Origin: the human T2T-CHM13v2.0 reference genome, Homo sapiens
Length of the DNA stretch: 64,000 bases
NCBI RefSeq assembly: GCF_009914755.1
Contig: NC_060948.1
Direction: 5' to 3' (one strand)
Shown piece by piece: positions 54,602-64,000 of the stretch. The position numbers and the translations under genes are program-made. The notes beneath the pieces were generated by a model. That model was given only the letters and a program-made list of their open reading frames with translations, ran no database searches and had not been told where the DNA came from. The stretch's first letter is position 1, and every line of letters begins with the position of its first letter.

Positions 54602-56706
54602 AGATCCATATTTTTTAAATGAAAAAAAATTTCAAAGGTACTCTGCTTGGTACAATAATCAAATGTATAAACTGAGGAATAAAACATAACCATGAAACCT
54701 ACTTATAACTGCATATGGAAAATACAGAGGATAATTTTTTAAATAACATAGTTTGAAAGCCTTAACTAGTAATTTGAAGAGTTGGCATTTGAAAGGCCAG
54801 TATGAATATACCTTCAAAGCAGCAACACAGGTTCCCCATGAGAAAAAGCAAACACAGGGAAAATAAAAACACAAAGGTTCAATCTCTTCTGACCTTTGAA
54901 AGACACAGCACAGACAGTGGTCCTTAGGACGAAGAGCAGGAGACCCCTAATTCCGTCACCATGGCGATAGGGCATAAACATTGCTGGGTGAGGGCACAAT
55001 CCACATTGTGAGGTCCAACTGCTGCCAGGAAGACAGGAGTGCTTTTACATAGACCGAAAGGTCATTGAAGGCTCAGAGTTTTGTTTCAAGAACTGAATCC
55101 CAAGCCCACACGTTATTAGGCAGCGCTTCTTAAAACAAGTTATGAGATGGGAAAAAGGGCACCCACAAACATACGTATACATTATGTATATAATAATATA
55201 GAGTGTCATATATGTAATATATATAACTTATGTATAATATTGTTTTACATCCTGCATCTTATGTTATATATATTGTATAAAATATAGTAATTGATAATAT
55301 ATAAGTTTTATAATTATACAATATGACATATAGTATATATTATAATTTATGACATATATAATATATGTTATATATCATATACAGAATATATTATACGGTT
55401 AATATTCGTATTAAATATAAATTATACATTATATATATTATATATAATATATCTGTTATATATAATACCCATTATGCATAATATATATATTATGTCTATG
55501 TTATATATAGTATAAAACAACATATAATAATATATAATTGTATATATAAAATGCGACATATAATATATATTATATTTTATAACATATGTAATATATATTA
55601 TATATTATATATAATACGTTGTATGTATAATACCTATATTAAATATATATTATATGACTATGTTATTAATTACATGTCACATGTGTTATATATTATATAT
55701 TTTACATAGAATATACCGGTTTCATACAATATATACCATGTTACCTATAATGTATAATTTATTACATGTAAAATAAAGAATGCAATATATTATGTATAAT
55801 TTATAATATACAATATGTGGAATGTGATATATATAACATATAATATATGATATATGATATACAGTATATGATATATAACATACAATATATGATTCCTAAT
55901 ATATATGGTATACAGTATATATTTTATGATATGTATTCTATATGTTTTATATTCTGTTATATATAACTATTTGAAATTATATATAACTGTATAATATTTT
56001 ATGTAAATATGTAATATAATATATATAACTATATAATATATTATATATAACTATATATTATGTTATATATACTTTTATATCATAATTTACATAAAATATC
56101 ATAATATAATATATATTATATTATTTCATATTACATAATATATATTACATATCACCCAATATAACTAACATACATAATATTATAATATAGATTATATTAT
56201 GTTATATTAAATATCATATATATCATGTATCATATATTCTATAATATATATTACACATTATATAATATGTATGTTGTCTATTATGTGATATATATAACTA
56301 TATATATAATTATATTTTTATACATATAACTAGATAAACATGTAATTCTACATATTTTCATTTATAATATGTAGAAGTATATAATCATATATAATTATTT
56401 ATATTCTATAAAAAATTTTATCATTATATAAATTATAATATATAAAAATTATAATATGTACTACAAATATATATATTATATATCATATATGATATAGTAC
56501 CTTTGTTATATATCATAATACATATAAATGTGTATTATGTTATCTATAATTATATAATTTCATATATAAGATGTATAATATGTATCATATATTATATATG
56601 TTATGTAATATATATAGTATATATAAGATGACACAGGATAAATATTATATACTATGACATATAAAATATATGAGGTTATATGTTACATATAAGGCATAGC
56701 ACATAA

Positions 56707-57021
<315 letters not shown>

Positions 57022-59124
57022 AGATCCATATTTTTTAAATGAAAAACAATTTCAAAGGTACTCTGCTTGGTACAATAATCAAATGTATAAACTGAGGAAT
57101 AAAACATAACCATGAAACCTACTTATAACTGCATATGGAAAATACAGAGGATAATTTTTTAAATAACATAGTTTGAAAGCCTTAACTAGTAATTTGAAGA
57201 GTTGGCATTTGAAAGGCCAGTATGAATATACCTTCAAAGCAGCAACACAGGTTCCCCATGAGAAAAAGCAAACACAGGGAAAATAAAAACACAAAGGTTC
57301 AATCTCTTCTGACCTTTGAAAGACACAGCACAGACAGTGGTCCTTAGGACGAAGAGCAGGAGACCCCTAATTCCGTCACCATGGAGATAGGGCATAAACA
57401 TTGCTGGGTGAGGGCACAATCCACATTGTGAGGTCCAACTGCTGCCAGGAAGACAGGAGTGCTTTTACATAGACCGAAAGGTCATTGAAGGCTCAGAGTT
57501 TTGTTTCAAGAACTGAATCCCAAGCCCACACGTTATTAGGCAGCGCTTCTTAAAACAAGTTATGAGATGGGAAAAAGGGCACCCACAAACATACGTATAC
57601 ATTATGTATATAATAATATACAGTGTCATATATATAATATATATAACCTATGTATAATATTGTTTTACATCCTGCATCTTATGTTATATATATTGTATAA
57701 AATATAATAATTGATAATATATAACTTTTATAATTATACAATATGACATATAGTATATATTATAATTTATGACATATATAATATATGTTATATATCATAT
57801 ACAGAATATATTATACGGTTAATATACGTATTAAATATAAATTATACATTATATATATTATATATAATATATCTGTTATATATAATACCCATTATGCATA
57901 ATATATATATTATGTCTATGTTATATATAGTATAAAACAACATATAATAATATATAATTGTATATATAAAATGCGACATATAATATATATTATATTTTAT
58001 AACATATGTAATATATATTATATATTATATATAATACGTTGTATGTATAATACCTATATTAAATATATATTATATGACTATGTTATTAATTACATGTCAC
58101 ATGTGTTATATATTATATATTTTACATAGAATATACCGGTTTCATACAATATATACTATGTTACCTATAATGTATAATTTATTACATGTAAAATAAAGAA
58201 TGCAATATATTATGTATAATTTATAATATACAATATGTGGAATGTGATATATATAACATATAATATATGATATATGATATACAGTATATGATATATAACA
58301 TACAATATATGATTCCTAATATATATGGTATACAGTATATATTTTATGATATGTATTCTATATGTTTTATATTCTGTTATATATAACTATTTGAAATTAT
58401 ATATAACTGTATAATATTTTATGTAAATATGTAATATAATATATATAACTATATAATATATTATATATAACTATATATTATGTTATATATACTTTTATAT
58501 CATAATTTACATAAAATATCATAATATAATATATATTATATTATTTCATATTACATAATATATATTACATATCACCCAATATAACTAACATACATAATAT
58601 TATAATATAGATTATATTGTGTTATATTAAATATCATATATATCATGTATCATATATTCTATAATATATATTATACATTATATAATATGTATGTTGTCTA
58701 TTATGTGATATATATAACTATATATATAATTATATTTTTATACATATAACTAGATAAACATGTAATTCTACATATTTTCATTTATAATATGTAGAATTAT
58801 ATAATCATATATAATTATTTATATTCTATAAAAAATTTTATCATTATATAAATTATAATATATAAAAATTATAATATGTACTACAAATATATATTATATA
58901 TCATATATGATATAGTACCTTTGTTATATATCATAATACATATAAATGTGTATTATGTTATCTATAATTATATAATTTCATATATAAGATGTATAATATG
59001 TATCATATATTATATATGTTATGTAATATATATAGTATATATAAGATGACACAGGATAAATATTATACACTATGAGATATAAAATATATGAGGTTATATG
59101 TTACATATAAGGCATAGCACATAA

Positions 59125-59439
<315 letters not shown>

Positions 59440-61558
59440 AGATCCATATTTTTTAAATGAAAAAAAATTTCAAAGGTACTCTGCTTGGTACAATAATCAA
59501 ATGTATAAACTGAGGAATAAAACATAACCATGAAACCTACTTATAACTGCATATGGAAAATACAGAGGATAATTTTTTAAATAACATATTTTGAAAGCCT
59601 TAACTAGTAATTTGAAGAGTTGGCATTTGAAAGGCCAGTATGAATATACCTTCAAAGCAGCAACACAGGTTCCCCATGAGAAAAAGCAAACACAGGGAAA
59701 ATAAAAACACAAAGGTTCAATCTCTTCTGACCTTTGAAAGACACAGCACAGACAGTGGTCCTTAGGACGAAGAGCAGGAGACCCCTAATTCCGTCACCAT
59801 GGCGATAGGGCATAAACATTGCTGGGTGAGGGCACAATCCACATTGTGAGGTCCAGCTGCTGCCAGGAAGAAAGGAGTGCTTTTACATAGACCAAAAGGT
59901 CATTGAAGGCTCAGAGTTTTGTTTCAAGAACTGAATCCCAAGCCCACACGTTATTAGGCTGCGCTTCTTAAAACAAGTTATGAGATGGGAAAAAGGGCAC
60001 CCACAAACATACGTATACATTATGTATATAATAATATAGAGTGTCATATATATAATATATATAACCTATGTATAATATTGTTTTACATCCTGCATCTTAT
60101 GTTATATATATTGTATAAAATATAATAATTGATAATATATAAGTTTTATAATTATACAATATGACATATAGTATATATTATAATTTATGACATATATAAT
60201 ATATGTTATATATCATATATAGAATATATTATACGGTTAATATACGTATTAAATATAAATTATACATTATATATATTATATATAATATATCTGTTATATA
60301 TAATAACCATTATGCATAATATATATATTATGTCTATGTTATATATAGTATAAAACAACATATAATAATATATAATTGTATTTATAAAATGCGACATATA
60401 ATATATATTATATTTTATAACATATGTAATATATATTATATATAATACGTTGTATGTATAATACCTATATTAAATATATATTATATGACTATGTTATTAA
60501 TTACATGTCACATGTGTTATATATTATATATTTTACATAGAATATACCGGTTACATACAATATATACTATGTTACCTATAATGTATAATTTATTACATGT
60601 AAAATAAAGAATGCAATATATTATGTATAATTTATAATATACAATATGTGGAATGTGATATATATAACATATAATATATGATATATGATATACAGTATAT
60701 GATATATAACATACAATATATGATTCCTAATATATATGGTATACAATATATATTTTATGATATGTATTCTATATGTTTTATATTCTGTTATATATAACTA
60801 TTTGAAACTATATATAACTGTATAATATTTTATGTAAATATGTAATATAATATATATAACTATATAATATATTATATATAACTATATATTATGTTATATA
60901 TACTTTTATAACATAATTTACATAAAATATCATAATATAATATATATTATATTATTTCATATTACATAATATATATTACATATCACCCAATATAACTAAC
61001 ATACCTAATATTATAATATAGATTATATTATGTTATATTAAATATCATATATATCATGTATCATATATTCTATAATATATATTACACATTATATAATATG
61101 TATGTTGTCTATTATGTGATATATATAACTATATATATAATTATATTTTTATACATATAACTAGATAAACGTAATTCTACATATTTTCATTTATAATATG
61201 TAGAATGATATAATCATATATAATTATTTATATTCTATAAAAAATTTTATCATTATATAAATTATAATATATAAAAATTATAATATGTACTACAAATATA
61301 TATATTATATATCATATATGATATAGTACCTTTGTTATATATCATAATACATATAAATGTGTATTATGTTATCTATAATTATATAATTTCATATATAAGA
61401 TGTATAATATGTATCATATATTATATATGTTATGTAATATATATAGTATATATAAGATGACACAGGATAAATATTATATACTATGACATATAAAATATAT
61501 GAGGTTATATGTTACATATAAGGCATAGCACATAACATGTAATATATATCATATATAA

Positions 61559-61850
61559 TTTTTTTTTAGACAGAATCTTGTCCTGTTGCACAGGGTGGGG
61601 TACAATGGCGCCATCTTTGCTCACTGTAACTTCTGCCTCACGGGTCCAAGCGATTGTCCTCCCTCAGCCTCCCAGGTAGCTGGGACTACGCCACACTGGG
61701 ACTACACCAGCTGCCACCATGCCTAGCTAATTTTTTGGATTTTTAGTTGTGACAGCGTTTCACTGTATTGGCCAGGATGGTCTTGATCTCTTCACCTTGT
61801 GATCCCCTTGCCTTGGCCTCCAAATTTGCTGGGATTACAGGCCTGAGCCA
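61559..61850 (-). mobile_element. DYZ2 Alu copy 22
   Basis: Same antisense Alu sequence. Confidence 0.93.
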
Positions 61851-63976
61851 AGATCCATATTTTTTAAATGAAAAAAAATTTCAAAGGTACTCTGCTTGGT
61901 ACAATAATCAAATGTATAAACTGAGGAATAAAACATAACCATGAAACCTACTTATAACTGCATATGGAAAATACAGAGGATAATTTTTTAAATAACATAT
62001 TTTGAAAGCCTTAACTAGTAATTTGAAGAGTTGGCATTTGAAAGGCCAGTATGAATATACCTTCAAAGCAGCAACACAGGTTCCCCATGAGAAAAAGCAA
62101 ACACAGGGAAAGTAAAAACACAAAGGTTCAATCTCTTCTGACCTTTGAAAGACACAGCACAGACAGTGGTCCTTAGGACGAAGAGCAGGAGACCCCTAAT
62201 TCCGTCACCATGGCGATAGGGCATAAACATTGCTGGGTGAGGGCAGAATCCACATTGTGAGGTCCAACTGCTGCCAGGAAGACAGGAGTGCTTTTACATA
62301 GACCGAAAGGTCATTGAAGGCTCAGAGTTTTGTTTCAAGAACTGAATCCCAAGCCCACACGTTATTAGGCTGCGCTTCTTAAAACAAGTTGTGAGATGAG
62401 AAAAAGGGCACCCACAAACATACGTATACATTATGTATATAATAATATACAGTGTCATATATATAATATATATAACCTATGTATAATATTGTTTTACATC
62501 CTGCATCTTATGTTATTTATATTGTATAAAATATAATAATTGATAATATATAAGTTTTATAATTATACAATATGACATATAGTATATATTATAATTTATG
62601 ACATATATAATATATGTTATATATCATATATAGAATATATTATACGGTTAATATACGTATTAAATATAAATTATACATTATATATATTATATATAATATA
62701 TCTGGTATATATAATACCCATTATGCATAATATATATATTATGTCTATGTTATATATAGTATAAAACAACATATAATAATATATAATTGTATATATAAAA
62801 TGCGACATATAATATATATTATATTTTATAACATATGTAATATATATTATATATTATATATAATACGTTGTATGTATAATACCTATATTAAATATATAAT
62901 ATGACTATGTTATTAATTACATGTCACATGTGTTATATATTATATATTTTACATAGAATATACCGGTTACATACAATATATACTATGTTACCTATAATGT
63001 ATAATTTATTACATGTAAAATAAAGAATGCAATATATTATGTATAATTTATAATATACAATATGTGGAATGTGATATATATAACATATAATATATGATAT
63101 ATGATATACAGTATATGATATATAACATACAATATATGATTCCTAATCTATATGGTATACAATATATATTTTATGATATGTATTCTATATGTTTTATATT
63201 CTGTTATATATAACTATTTGAAATTATATATAACTGTATAATATTTTATGTAAATATGTAATATAATATATATAACTATATAATATATTATATATAACTA
63301 TATATTATGTTATATATACTTTTATAACATAATTTACATAAAATATCATAATATAATATATATTATATTATTTCATATTACATAATATATATTACATATC
63401 ACCCAATATAACTAACATACATAATATTATAATATAGATTATATTATGTTATATTAAATATCATATATATCATGTATCATATATTCTATAATATATATTA
63501 CACATTATATAATATGTATGTTGTCTATTATGTGATATATATAACTATATAAATAGTTATATTTTTATACATATAACTAGATAAACATGTAATTCTACAT
63601 ATTTTCATTTATAATATGTAGAATTATATAATCATATATAATTATTTATATTCTATAAAAAATTTTATCATTATATAAATTATAATATATAAAAATTATA
63701 ATATGTACTACAAATATATATATTATATATCATATATGATATAGTACCTTTGTTATATATCATAATACATATAAATGTGTATTATGTTATCTATAATTAT
63801 ATAATTTCATATATAAGATGTATAATATGTATCATATATTATATATGTTATGTAATATATATAGTATATATAAGATGACACAGGATAAATATTATATACT
63901 ATGACATATAAAATATATGAGGTTATATGTTACATATAAGGCATAGCACATAACATGTAATATATATCATATATAA

Positions 63977-64000
63977 TTTTTTTTTAGACAGAATCTTGTC
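63977..64000 (-). mobile_element. DYZ2 Alu copy 23 (3' tail end only, cut by the window edge)
   Basis: T9-AGACAGAATCTTGTC in the expected register (2418 bp after copy 22). Confidence 0.8.

Overview
This window is satellite DNA with no genes. It is almost certainly human Y-chromosome Yq12 heterochromatin spanning a DYZ1-to-DYZ2 block boundary. Bases 1-10015 are HSat3/DYZ1: diverged (GGAAT)n pentamers with a ~3.54-kb higher-order period and one HaeIII and one EcoRI site seen per full unit. There are two full units and a truncated third. Bases 10016-64000 are HSat1B/DYZ2: ~22 head-to-tail units of 2411-2420 bp. Each unit has a diverged minus-strand Alu (~290 bp, 5'-clipped, with an internal 16-bp duplication), a ~560-bp HSATI segment and a ~1.56-kb extremely AT-rich domain. 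All ORFs in the track are artefacts of repeat periodicity. I found no previously undescribed gene system. The notable signals are structural: the junction and a 768-bp deletion next to it, nested monomer and dimer duplications, mosaic units, AT palindromes, and candidate cis-elements repeated in every DYZ2 unit (a cryptic Alu exon and an NBRE/TCF/RUNX motif cluster). Variant comparisons were made by eye, not by alignment.
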